A stretch of 64,000 nt of DNA from Trichoplax adhaerens (taxonomy: Eukaryota; Animalia; Placozoa): positions 310,001-374,000 of the forward strand of contig NW_002060962.1 in NCBI RefSeq assembly GCF_000150275.1. The letters run 5' to 3'. A program made the position numbers and the translations under genes. The notes beneath the pieces are model-generated. The model was not told where the DNA came from. It worked only from the letters and a program-made list of their open reading frames with translations, and ran no database searches. Below, piece after piece: positions 15,194 to 29,200 of the stretch. The first letter of the stretch is position 1. The number at the start of each line of letters is the position of its first letter.

Positions 15194-18100
15194 ATGCTAT
15201 CCGTGAATGCTCATTATAATGTAAGAGATATTATCGATATTAAACCGTTACCAACGCCGTCATGTATTGGCGAAAAGGTATCAGTGAGAAGTTCAACAAC
15301 TTACATTAGCCCTAGTTTGAAAAAAGATCAATGGAAAAATAACCATGAAAGAAGAACTAAACAAGTCACTGAGTGTGGCTATCGATCTGTGCCTCACCGT
15401 CCTTATAAGCCCGTTGGCGAAATGTGCCTTGATGAAAAGCAGCTAATACTATCTGCTTTAGGCCAAAGCAATAATCATGTAAGTTTAAAAAGAATTATTA
15501 GTTATCGTCGATACATTATTCGTGTAAGCTACAATGATGTTACAATCGAATAACTTAACTACTTTAGGCTGATCAAGATGGAGGAACAAATACACCAAGC
15601 GATAAAGGCTTATATCACGATATCGCTAGAGGCGATAAGGTTAGTTTCTAAAATTCTATTGTATAAAAATATCTTTTTGGATAAATTTATTTGTTTCGCT
15701 ACCCTTTTTTTGTTATGCTTTATTTTAGTCGAAAGTGACAATAAGCAGTTATAAAAAGTTGTTAAAAGTTCAAGATTTAGTCAATAAAGATAGGTAAGTG
15801 CAGTTTTTTAATAAGTTCCTCTTTAATATGTAGTTTTAAGTATCTAAACTGTTTTCGATTCATATTCGATTACAATGCAGCTTGTAGTCGTACGCATTTT
15901 ATCTTAATTCGTTGATAGAATATTATACTTAATTACTAGTGATCGAATTTCTAAAATTAAGCTTGGGCATGGATTATTTCAAATTATTAAAGACGAAGAA
16001 AAAGCTAAGGTAAACCCATTTACAATATCAATAAAAGTAATAAAATTTTCGGCTACAAAATTAACTTTAGTCAATATTATGAAATTTTATACGACGGTAT
16101 TATTTTAACATCATGATTTGAATTTTCGATTGATATCAACGTGATTGCTGTACGATATTGTAATCCGTGTTCAGGCACAAAAGGCAGTCACTGAAGAGAT
16201 AGAAGCAAAAGCTAGAGCTAACAAGCAGTGGAAACCATCGAAGGGAGAGCCTGATTCGTCGTCAGACGATGATGATGACATAGGTTTCCGTGAGGTTGTC
16301 CAAAATTATTTGATAAGGTATGGCAAAATTTAGTAAGCCTCTAGAATATCTATCTATTTACAGATGTCAGAGAGATCCCTACAGTAAATGATACTGCCCA
16401 ATTCAAGTATCCCTTTAGAAAAATAAGTGTAAAAGTGCTCATGTTGGGAGAGTTAATCATTAACTGATTTATTATTTTATCCGACTTGTGCTTTATGACA
16501 TAGGTATCAAACACCTTCGTTACAGAAAGATAATCTGGAATTGCCATCTACTACGTCAAGTCCGATTGGAGTAAAATTTACACCAGTTAGTGCTCGCCAA
16601 ACTAATAATGGCGAGTATTCGCGAATAAGGTAGGCTGTAGCGGAAATTCTTTGTGCTGTAACTGTCATAATTCTTAATGTCATGGTACTATACAATACTA
16701 GAAATGTAAGAAATACTAGTTAGAAAAGATAATAGTTGCACTTTTTTAATTTGGAAAATCACAATGGAATGATGATTATTTGTATTAATAATTAATTCTT
16801 AATGATTAGGCGCTAGCTTTAGTTGTGGATCGGATCTACGAGTATCACTGTAATTTACTACTACATTTATCGTATGGTATTTAAACTGATATTACTTATA
16901 TCCATAGACATATGATCATGTGATACCAGTAGTTATTCATTTTTTATGGCTTCATATATACATCATAAATTAACTTGATATTAGCTGTAATTATTCATGT
17001 GCAGTACACTGTTTTCGTTTACTAGTAAATTTTATCGTATTGTAAATAACATACCCTAGTTATTATAGTTTAGAAATCAAAAATGATGATTTTCACATAC
17101 GAGTGAAATCAATTACAATCTAACTGTTACTTAATCTTGTCGTAATTATAGCTTGGATGGATCACCTTATGGCGATACGAAGGAACATAGTGGCCGTTCA
17201 ACAGAATCGCCACATCCGAACTTTAGGTTACATCGCAAGCATTACAGATCGCGAAAAAGCTCTTCAATTCAAGTTCGTCCTTTTTCTCCATATTATTCCA
17301 GTGTTGCCAGTTCACCGATCCAATCAGACAGGTATAATTTAGTATTTACAGCTGATGGAGAGTGATCGTATTTATTTACTATCAAATCTCTAATCCATAT
17401 GATAACAATATTTTCAATACTATAGAGAACATATCTTTCGTCAACTATGTGTTATTCAATGGCTTCTGGAAGCTACAGCATTAGAATTGGGTTATATTAT
17501 GGTTCCTATTTCTGCATGTTGGAAATTGAAGTAAGTTTAAGAATGAAAATTTGTTCATAAATGATGTTTTCTGTTAAAGTTGAATCTTCATTTTAAGTGA
17601 ATCAAATGACGGAAAAATGTCGCGTAAACGCCAAGAAAAGGATAATAAGAAAGCTTTGGATAATAAATGGGATGCATTATGCAATAATCCACATCAGTTA
17701 TCTAATATTGTAAGATTTCGTATTCATCGAGATAGCAGTTTACATTTGAAATAATGTACTTGTATATGTACATTTCAATATTCTAAGTTAATGTTAGGAA
17801 ATGTAGTAATTATCCTGTAAGCGAAATCAGTAGCTGTACACATTTTTTTGATATTGTCATATTCACTTTAAAATGTTTAGATCAAAATGCCTGATAAACC
17901 AAAAACTGCACGAGGGCAGAAAATTCTAAAGGAAGGCTGGCTAGTCAAGCGTAGTCGTAACAGAAACGCTATCAATAAAGATGCCAATTATCGATCTCGA
18001 TACGTCCGTTTAACGAAGGATTACCTGATATATTATCTTAACGAGAAATTGGTTAGAATCACTTTATTAAAATATAATATATCAATCCCATTTTAAGTAT

Positions 18101-21100
18101 AGAAAGGCGTCAAACTGATGTAAATAAATTTTTTACTTTATTTATCATCGATTTTACTAAATTTATGCCTCTTGAATTTCTCTATGTCATCAACTAGAAT
18201 AACTACAAAGATTGTATTCATCTAAAATATGCTACTATTGTTGAATCGGTAAAAGATCATACATTTGAAAAGAAGAAAAATGTTTTTCAAGTTAGTAGAA
18301 ATCTCTTTTATTTTTTGATACCCTGTCGATATTTTTACAATTTCTTGTGCTCTCAGATGTGATGCATTGGTAATCATTTTCAGAAACGTAGTGTTTGGTG
18401 CAACAGTTAGATATTTTCTGTAGTATTATTATATGAATAATGCCGTGATTGTATGTTTTAATCATGTCGGCTGGATTTAATAGAGTATGAAATAAATGAA
18501 TAGTGCAGTTTCAATTAGTTTTCAGGAATAGTACATATGGAAATATAAGCTAGATAACAGTGTATAGCGGGAAGTAAATCTCTCCTTTTACTTTTCTTTC
18601 GGCGACACTGCAAATACAGATTAAGCTACTGTATATACTGTACTGTGCAGTATATTGAGCCTTTGCTAGCTATATAAAAGTATGTATAAAAATGGCAGTG
18701 GTAGAAAACTTTTTTTTGGAATAACAATTGGATTGAATGAAACTAACGACTGAGCTTATTTATATATTCAAAATATAGATTGGCCAGAAAAATGATTTTT
18801 TATATCTACTAGCTCAAAGCGATAGTCATCGTGAAGATTGGCTGAATGCAATACGAAATGGTAAAGTAAAAAATTTCTTACCTGTTATGTAATTCATGAA
18901 GGCTAAAGTCCAAGAGTCATAAAATCATTATAAAACGTTTTCAATTTGAAATTAACATTATGGTATTTTCTATTAGCTTGCATGAGACTAAGAAATAAAA
19001 TGGATAAAAAATTTCACCCTGGGGCTTTAACTAAAGGTGAACGATGGTCTTGCTGCTCTCATCTGTCTAGTGCTGAAGGTTGCGAAGATGCTTTTGACTA
19101 TACGCTAGGTATGAAATGATTTACAGTTCATGTAAATGATCCACTTTAGGATGTCTCATTTCATGAAATGGGTCTGGAGTTAAATTTGCGAGCGTAATCT
19201 ATACAGTGTCCATTAGTTATATACAGTATAAATATATTTATTACAGACTAATATAAAGGACTTTTTATTTCTAAATAGATACTAAGGTTATTAAAGAAGG
19301 TTGGCTTACCAAAAGAAGTCGCAATCGCAAAGATCCCAAAAAAGAAGCCAATTATCGTGATCGCTATGTTAGAATGACTACAGAGTGCCTGTCTTACTAT
19401 ATTACGAATAAAGCGGTAAGTATTGTTCGAGAACTAATAAGGACATAATTTTTATTGAGTAAGTTTTAGTTCGTTTACAGTCAATCGTAGCATGGAGTTT
19501 ATCGTCTTACGATATTACCATAATATAAAAAGTAGTAAAAGATTGAATCAATTAATAGAACTGATGATCATCATTTTGTTCTTATTGATCTCTTGAACTA
19601 TATTTAGAACGCTGTACCTAAAGATTCCATGAAATTAAAAGATGTGACAATTGTAGAAGCAGTTACCGATGGCACATTTGGTGAACGAAAATACTTCTTT
19701 CAGGTCTTTAAGTTTTTTTTACCTAATTGTAGTTATCATATATTACGAAGTCTGCATAATAGAAAGGTGCTGATCTTGATTGCTTTATCCAGTAGAAAAA
19801 ATAGCATTATAATGCGCTAACATGTAACAATAGAAATTTTGCAAATCTCCATAGTCGGAACGATAAATTTTTATGATTGCTACAGGTTGGATCAAAAGGA
19901 GATCTTCTTTATGCTCATGCTATGAACCCAACTGATCGTGACGAATGGGTATTAGCATTACGGCAGTGTAAGTTTGCTTTTCTATACGGCTAGATATTAA
20001 ATGAATTTAAGCAGTTTATTTCCTTATTCTAACTGACTGAATTAGGTCAAAAAATAAGTTGTACCCTCAAGTATGTGAAATGTGGGGTTATAAATTTGAC
20101 CTCTTTTACATCATTATGTAGGCTGTCAGAGATTAAAACTAAATATGGATCGGCGCTATCATCCTGGTGCCTATACTGATAAATGGAGCTGTTGCCAAGC
20201 GGTTGATCTTTCGCAAAATGGTTGCCAACATGCATTTGATTATTCTACTGGTGAGTACAACGTAAACGATGTTTTAACTATTTGATTCCTAAAAGTTGAC
20301 AGTAATAATTGAATGACCTTAGAATGATCATAAATACTACTGCCCTATGGTAAGAGATTTGTTCGAATTACGATTATTTTTAATTTTTAATATCGTAATA
20401 CGATATACAGCATCAATTGCTCATGTCATGAAGTAAAGAAGCGTAGTATTCGCTCATTTTAAATGTACTATTGCTATGTATGGTAGATCTTACAGAAACA
20501 TTGTATTTTAATTGAACTAATTCTAAGTGATGCAAACTATATAGAATTGTCAACCGTAGTTAAGAAAGGCTGGGTAGTAAAGCGGAGTCGTGGACGTGGA
20601 AAGAGTAAAAATGCTGCAAATTATAGGGAACGATTTGTTGTCTTGACAGAAGAATTTTTATCATATTATGGAAATGAAGCTGGAGTAAGTATTCTTTTAA
20701 TTCATAAAAGCAATGTAGTAATTAACTAAGGGATGGATAAAATTGTTATTGCTGTATGCATATTTAAATGCATTAATAACTAAGTACTTGTGCACTCTGA
20801 GCTGGTATGATATCTTATGCAAAAGTATTAATTTGTTTTGTTTCTAGGAATATAAAGATTGCATTAACATGAAGCATGTCTCTATTGTGGAACCTGTTAA
20901 TGATGGAACGTTGGAGAGAGATTTCGTCTTTCAGGTTATTTCTTTTTCGTTTGTATAATTGCATTGATATTAGAAACATTAGAGTTGGTTAAAAGTTTCG
21001 TTACCAGCAAATATTGAGAGGTTTGATTCACGGAATTTTCATTTGCTATTATAATTGTAATCTGAATCCTACAAACTAAAGGAGTTTGATAGTAATTTTA

Positions 21101-24100
21101 AGAAATCAGTCTTCTTTAAGGATGGAACAGGAATAGAACAATACGTGTACTGGACTAAAATAATTTATCTATAGATATTAAATATAGATATACCCGTGCG
21201 TTAAAAACATATATTTTGGGGACTGCATACACTTATACCTTTACTTTTGTCATGACATAGGTTGGGAGTAAAGGAGATATTTTATATATATGTGCTCCTA
21301 ATGAAGAAGAACGAGAAGATTGGATTGTAGCTTTAAGATTTGGTAAGTAACGATGATATGAAATGTCAGACATTACAAGGTATCTAGTAAGTTAGTCAAA
21401 ATTGTTCAAATTTTAGACAGATAAGAATCATTTAAAGTGATTTTCACGGGTGATGTCATACAATATTGATAAGGTCACTACCATATCCTGAAACCTAACA
21501 ATAAAAGACTGTATGATCTGCAGTATGCATACTTTCTTAGAGTGATGTTTAAAAATATGGAGGTATTGCACAGAAAACTTTTCTTCCGTATCAGAGTTGA
21601 TTTGACCATAAATGAGCAAATTACCAAGAAATACGTTATTATTTTGCTACAATATGCAGTGCTACAAAACCTCAAGAAGGAGTTATTTATTTTTTAGGCA
21701 GAAAGTATACAGTTGGTAATAGTTAGAATTACAGGGTTGAATGATATAAGAGTACTAATTGAAGATCGAAGAAGGCGCTATTTGTTTATTACATCTCATA
21801 AAAAAATCAGTAGATCTTACATCGATACTATTGTATCTCACGGAAGATTTTAATTTATGCTGTATTTATTACTTAAATAGTAACTCAACAACTGCATAAC
21901 AAGATGGAAGATAGATTTCATCCTGGAGGTTTTACTAGGAGTAAATGGACATGTTGTGATTATCCTTCCCTCGATGAAGATGGGTGCCAGAGAGCGTTTG
22001 ATTATAGTAAAGGTAATTTAAAAGCCGCTATTGTAATAAATTTACATTATTCCAGGGTCAAATATACTTCAAAGTGCAAATTGAATAATCTTTTTTGAAA
22101 TTAGTGCTAGCATTTAAACTGTACATTGGTATAGGTAATAAAAAATTTGTAGGCTTACTTATTCTTAAATAAATCTGAAACTTGCAATTAAGCGACTATA
22201 TTCTATCACTAGGTGTTGCATACAGTCCTAAAACAGAAGAAGATTACTACCCTATGCCAACTGATGATAGTTTATACGCTTTTAATGGTAATATTAGTCC
22301 ATTTATGGTTGGTAGCTCAACGACACCAAAAGCTGAGACAGCTATTAATATTAAAAGCTCACGTCGAGCGTCTTTAGCAAAATCGAGCGATATTAACCAA
22401 ATTACAAGACGTGTATCAATGGCTATGCCCCCAACTATGGAAGGTATTGTAACTGGCAGGAGATCATCAATGGCTGTTCAAGCAGAAGCTATACCTCTGA
22501 GCAGCAATAAGAGACATTCAACAGCTGCTTCAAAACCGACTGATTTTAGTCAAATAACTAGGCGAATATCATTAGCCGTAGGTAAAATCCCTACTCAAGT
22601 TCCACTGACCCCTGGTGGACAAAATGAAAATGCACCAAAAAGCAAATGGCCAATTGCTGCCTTACGAAGTATACAAAAATTTATGCAATATACACAACAT
22701 CGTCGAATTAGAACATTAGGAAACGTAAGTTTATAATCATTATACTGAATATTGTGCTATTTCAATGCAATCTTAATTAAAAATGTCCGCATAAGCTAAC
22801 AATATTTATTTCAACTTTTACTGGCTGTATGATATCTGATAATCGTAAGGCTACAACTCCATTTATACTTTTTACGTGCTTTTTATTTACAAGGCTGAGG
22901 ATGTTAGCAAGGACAAAATTAGCGACGATGCTAAAATTAGGGCATGGATTGAAGAGTTTGGTGGCATAGAAGAAGATGACCGCCAGCGAAAGAAAAAATT
23001 ACGACCGCAAAGGTGATTATTATAGCTATATTTTTAAAGTAAATGATGACATGGATACTATACTAGCTGGGGTACCGCTTTATTACATTTTGTGAAGCTT
23101 TAAAAACATTTGATTTGATATCAAGATTAATTATTGTTAACAATAATAGCCAGTCATAGCTGCTTGATAGGTAAATCGAATACACTTAAATTCTCAGTCT
23201 TCAATTTATATTGAATATGAATAAAATTATCTCTTACGTCTAGCGCACCTGTTAAAAATACACCGGGTACTGCAGGTATTGAGAGATACCAAGATTTAGC
23301 GTCAAGAATGCGACAGAAGTTTATTGATGTTGCCAAAGAAAACGAAGAGTTACTACACGATCAGTTAGATAGGATAGAAATGTAAGTACTACGTAATTCG
23401 TACAGATTAATTTTGAATAATATTCACTTTTTACTCTATGTGTCATTGTCAGCCTGTTGTCGACGATGATATTTCGATTGATTGTTACCCACTTATTTAA
23501 ATAGATGGCGAAATGATTATAAAAATGATTTATGTTTACCTAAAGTTTGTTCTTTACTTATATTAGGAAAAGATCTCAAAAATGCGAGCTTCGCTTCTTT
23601 GCTATTGAGCCCAAGACTTATGTTCATCGGGATTTAGGAAAAATGCGACATAAGATAAAAAAAATCGAAATACGCCAAGCTAACAAATCAGTCCATCGAC
23701 CTTGGTAATTGTCATTTTTATTTAGCTAACAATCACAATGCTTTACCTACTACGTGATAATATAGAGTTGTTCCATTTAAGCTTTCAACCAACTTATCCA
23801 CTTTTTTCCTATTACTTCATGATAGGTATATTAATCTAGTCGACACTTTACCGGAAAGTATTCGGGAAGATCGTCAATGTTCTCAAACGTTAGAAAGGAT
23901 TTCATCCCACGCTAAGGTAACTAATAATTACAAATAAAAGTATTCTACGATACGACCATGGTAGACTAGGCTGTTTTAGCTACTTGTTGTGAAAATAGTA
24001 TATTTTAATCGTTTAAATAACAAATGATATTGCATTATGTATTATTATAGATTGATGGAATAGTTCCGAGCTCTGTCCAGTTAATTCGAGTACTATCTGG

Positions 24101-24412
24101 GTTACGTCATTGGGAAATTTGCTCTCCAGATATTAGTGCAGCTATAGAAGTAAGTGATGTATGATTATTTATGTACTGGTATATTTCTTATTTAGAGATG
24201 TCAGAGTAACTGCTATAAAAATTTTATTTCTAGTTTGAATAATAGTAGTATAATAGTAAATTAATTTTTTACCTAATCTTATACAGTTTGTAAGAGAAAA
24301 GATAGTAGAAATGCCTGATTACGAATATGAAGAATGGTTACGATCCATTTTACCTATGAAAAAGCCCAGAGCTGAATCTGATCCAACAAGTACGAACAAA
24401 AGTGACTCGTAG
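15194..24412 (+). CDS. CCDC60: CCDC60-like protein with three inserted PH + Btk-type zinc-motif modules (~29 coding exons)
   Basis: All exons from ATG 15194 to TAG 24412 can be joined in frame at GT-AG sites. The N-half has IKLGHGLFQIIKDE, VRPFSP, EHIFRQLCVIQWLLEA..MVPISACW and KALDNKWDAL; the C-half has PWYINLVDTLPE and LIRVLSGLRHWEICSPDISAAIEFVREKIVEMPDYEYEEWL. Both match CCDC60 as I recall it (PLFRQLCALHWLLEA; LRIWELCSPDIAVAIEFVREHII). Between them lie three PH-Btk modules (17881-22012) and a low-complexity exon (22213-22724). Confidence 0.8.
17881..22012 (+). repeat. Three tandem duplicated PH + Btk-motif exon cassettes (17881-19108, 19279-20250, 20545-22012)
   Basis: Each cassette has 4 exons with the same intron positions and phases (0,0,1,1): KxGWxxKRSR..ANYRxRyv.lT...L.YY | ..KD.I.lK...IVE.V.D.T......FQ | vG.KgD.LY..A.....R..W..AlR | ..M...F/YHPG.....W.CC........GC..AFDYs. 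Confidence 0.9.
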
Positions 24413-26227
24413 AAATGACTTCGTAAATTTTCACCGATCAAAGGAAAAACCTATATCAACATCATATTCATATTATTTCATGTCGTAAGGATTATTGATG
24501 TAAATGATAGTGTAATATCATACCCCGTTAATAGATGAAGATGTATACTTGTATATTAAATGCTATATCTACTGCGCATCAATTCTAAAATTGGTTATTA
24601 GAGATGACATTGATCTTCCTGATTTCATTTAGGAATAACGGTTCGTATTAATATACAGATATGATTATATATTGATGATCTTCTTCAGGCCAATTTTTAT
24701 TTATATCTCACTCTAAAGTTCATAATTTATTTAAGATACAAGTCGAATAATATTCAAATACTCCTCTTAATCTTACGTAATTGATTGTATTCGTTGAAAA
24801 TGTTTACTAAGGATAATTTTTTATATCACTTTTATACGAGATTAATGCATATTAACCATGTTCATATTACAATAATTGAGTTAAGAATAGGAAAATTGTC
24901 ATTTTTAAATAATAACCTGTCATGAACTTTGCTCACCGTACGTGTCTTAAAACTGACAGTATCCGGCCATTATTGTCATAACGCTGGGATATCAAAGATA
25001 ATCATATTGCATTAATCTGATTCATATTTTATGTATATATATGAGCATAATTTTTTTATTCTATTGATCTATGGTATCATTGATCCATTATATTTGCATT
25101 TTATGTAAAAAATTTTCATCAAATATTAGCACAATCATACAAGTAATTTATAATATCTAAAATTATTTTAAAGACAAATTTTGAAGCTATTCAAATACAA
25201 ATAAAAAGGACGCATTTAAGAAGTATATTTACTCAATTGATTCAGTTACTTAAAAATTGATTTTAAACCCTGGGGTTAAATAGTTCACAATCGATAGTAA
25301 ACTCGATACATTACAATTATCGTACACGATATGAGAATAGTCGCTGATAAACGAGTATAAGATTTAGAGAGATTATCTGTCCTGAATACCTGAAAAGCGA
25401 TTTTACGAATAATGATAAATTAATGATTGCGTATCGTTTCAATTTATAATATTACTTTCTAAATTCGTGCCTCATGCTCTAAGAGATACCGTAGCTATTT
25501 GGATATCAGCAATGAGAAGGACTAATGAAAATTTAACTGTAAATTAATGATAATACTTTCCAGATCCTTAATCAATGCTAAAGACAGTACCTTACCTAAT
25601 TTAGGTACGATATTTACTTACATGAAAGATTACTAATAGAGTACCAGCTTACTAGATTCATATCATAAAATGTAGCAGAGTTAAGGATTACCGACAGATA
25701 CCCTAAACATAATCAAATCTATGGATTAAGGTGATTATTACTGTTAAACACCTTTGATGATATAATTACGAAAGAATTGATGAATAAATAAATTTCATCG
25801 TCGCTAAACCTACTCTAGAAACGTTTTAGTATACTGTATATATTTAGATAAAAATCATGTTTATTTTAAGTTTGATCTTATTGATGAGCTTCTAAACCAT
25901 AAAACGTAGATAGTATCTTACGAAAATATTGGCTTGACCTTAAAAACACATAAGTATCAGTAGATTAAGTGTAATTCGTACACGTATATACAACACCCGG
26001 TAGCAAGAACAGAATAAATTGCCGGAGATCAAGTTTGATATTAAACTGTAATTTAGATAGATTTAATACTATAAATTTTCTGTAAGCCTATGATATAATC
26101 GATAACAGAATTTACTGTAGCTGATCATATACAGGAGATTGTTGAGGTACTTGATGTTAAAATGCTGTACTGTAAAATATAGAAAAAATTCGATAATAAG
26201 GACAACAGTCTGACATTGTAAAACTAC

Positions 26228-29200
26228 TTATTTCGTTTTATCAATCCCAGTTCAACAGCTTTTAGTAAACCACGTTCAGCGTTGGCTACAATTTCTTTTT
26301 TATTTATATCAGTTTCCTGCGAAAGAACCATTAAAACTTCCAAGAGCTTGCTTTCTACAACCTAAACGACAAATTTACAGCATTTTACAATGCGAACATC
26401 GAACAATTTTTACTCATAAATCTGGTCATACTAACTTCGCTAGCTATTGCTTTGTTCGCTTCAATTAGGTTTGCAACAATGTATATTCCCCTGCAAAGAA
26501 AGATATTAAAGTGTATTGGTAAGAATGACTGGATAAAGCCAAGCTAGTTACTTCTACAAATACTAAAATTTGCAGCCTTACCTGTGCTGTAATTCTAATT
26601 TTTCAGAAAGTAATAGTTCTTGCATGATTTCTAGCCAAGGTTTGACCTAGATGAGTGTATGGGGGAAAATACGCTTAAAATTATCAAAAATTTTATTCTA
26701 AAGACGCTAAATCAAGCTTATATTCATTAACATACCTGGATAATCTGCTTGCAAATATTTTCATTGGACGACAGGATTGCCAATGTACCACTTGCAGCTC
26801 TAACGTGTACATATAAAGATTACGTTATCCATGAGAGTAATTTACTGTAGCAGATACAGACATAAGAAGCTAATAATGCAATAAATGTCTATTCATTACA
26901 GTCATGTTTATAAGTTAACAGGCATAGCAAGATAATTTACTGTACCTAGCTAATTCAAAATCAGATTCGCCACTATACAAAGTCAGCAGCTTAACGCGAT
27001 CTGTTTTATCGTTTAAGTATTTTTCTGCAGCCTATATGCGACATGCATAAGGAGTCATTAAGGGCTAAATCTTAAATCTAACGGTGGGAAAACGAATTTA
27101 AGTCGTTTGACAAGTAAATATACTTCTTCGCAATTGACTAGGTTACACATAGCCTCTGTAGCCGCTCTCTTTATAAGTTCGTGATCGTCAAACATCAACT
27201 GTTCAATACTCGTAAATCCCTTTTCCGCCATAATTTTTCTCCTAAAGGAAACATACAAATACAACATCGTCGGTATCATACTTTTGCAGCATTTCTCTCA
27301 GCTATACCATTATATTTTACCATTTGCAGTCATTAAAACCCATGCAAAAGTTTACGATTAAATCTTCAGGTTTATTCAATATCAAAATTATTAGATCTAA
27401 ACTACGCAAACAGTATTACTGACGGCGGTAATTCTATACACAAGTGTTACCTAACAGTGTCATTGACTTGAGCTAGATTAGTCAAAGCCATTAAAGCTTC
27501 AAATTGTTGTATTCCCTTAAATATAAAAAATATGTAACGATCAGAAACATTTCATTGAATGAAAGGTAAGCTACATCAACAGTTAGATTACAGGATTAAA
27601 CTTACAGAATCTGAAGAAAGTAATCCAATTAAAGGGCGGACAGTTTCTAATATCTAATTATCAAATTTAGCCAGGGTATAAACATCATTAAAAGACGGAA
27701 TTCTTATACTATGCAATAAGTAAAAGAAATTACGAAAATTTTCCTTGTGAATACTAGCTAAATTAAAATGCTTGAAATTGATCAATGTTACTGACTCTTT
27801 GCCCAGAGAATGCTAATTCAGGATTAATTGAAATTCCTATCTTTGCGATCGCCTGAGTTGCCAATGACTTTCCTTTATCTGTGCCACTTAAAGCTAGTGA
27901 GCACAAAATCTGTTAAAAAGTATGCGAATACATGATCAACAGATGCCAAGATAATCTAAGGATATAAATTGATTTACCTTTGTCCCACCTTGCTGTACAA
28001 TAACACCTCGGTGTTTAGGCTCAGTGGATAAGGCTAAAAATACTCTATTCCCGTAAATAGTAAAATGCATAAGTAATAATTTAGCTACAAATACAAGAAA
28101 TTTAATAATTTGATCGATAGTATAAAAGAGACCTGTTTAAAACATTAATATTATACATATAATCTCTTACAATCACTAAAAGCGAATTGTAATGACATAG
28201 CGTTACTGTGTAACGACTAATTTCATTAGCTAACCTTGCCAGTTTTTCTTTACAGTTATCAGACTTTTCATCTAATCCCAGGTTGACTAAAGTCACTACG
28301 ACATCGTTCTAACATAAGAAAAGTAGCACAGTAAATGAATACTTATGACAAGTACTTTGATAGCCAGTGAGGTTTTGTACATGGCTTTTCTACCTTTATC
28401 ATGGTTAGGATTCTTTTTTCGACATATTTTTCACTATCCTAAAATTAAATAGGAAAAGTAATTCATAAATAATTGTGTAATTGGATTAGGAAAAATTGAC
28501 GACTCTACCATAAAACTATAATTACCTTTTCGTGAACTTTCGGAATTTTATATTGAGCAAATTTAGCAAGCTCTTCAAGTTCAAGATTTTTTTCCGGTTT
28601 ATCATAACTATTGGTAACATTTACTAATGTTGAAGCAATTCCAAATGTTACTGCCATATCTTTAGTCTAGTTAGAAAGTATTTAAAATATCATAAACCAC
28701 CATTAAATGAGGTGTCGTAATTGCTTGAACAAAGGACGTTATACAGTGAAATTGAATGTTTTATTACTCTATATACATTCAAATTCATAATGATAAATTG
28801 GATAACCTTAGCCATATTGAATAGAATCTTTAAAGCTTCTGTATCGGAGACCAAAGCATCCTAAAACCGATATCAGATGACAAGTATTATTGCAAGTCCT
28901 ATTGGAATAGCAACGTGATTTTTTGACTATTGATGTTACAGTACCTTAGCGTCAGCATCCAGAGTAATTAGGGCCAATGCTTCTATAGACCATTTCTTTA
29001 GATCCGAACTCCTTTCTCCCCCCACTAGATAACTAAGTTACAATAGGTTTATGAATGTAAAATTCACTTTTCGCCATAGCAATCAGTTATTTGACTGACC
29101 TTCTAATAATAGAATACAATTCCAGTACGGATTCTTCCGGAAGCCAATCTTTTACTTCGCTGGCGTCAACAAGACCTATTTTACATAAACCCTGTGGTAG

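Noticed and set aside
16406-16503. Possible U12-type intron (donor GTATCCCTTT, TCATTAAC)
   Set aside because: The donor deviates from RTATCCTTT, and the branch-like motif is imperfect and somewhat far from the acceptor; more likely an ordinary U2 intron.
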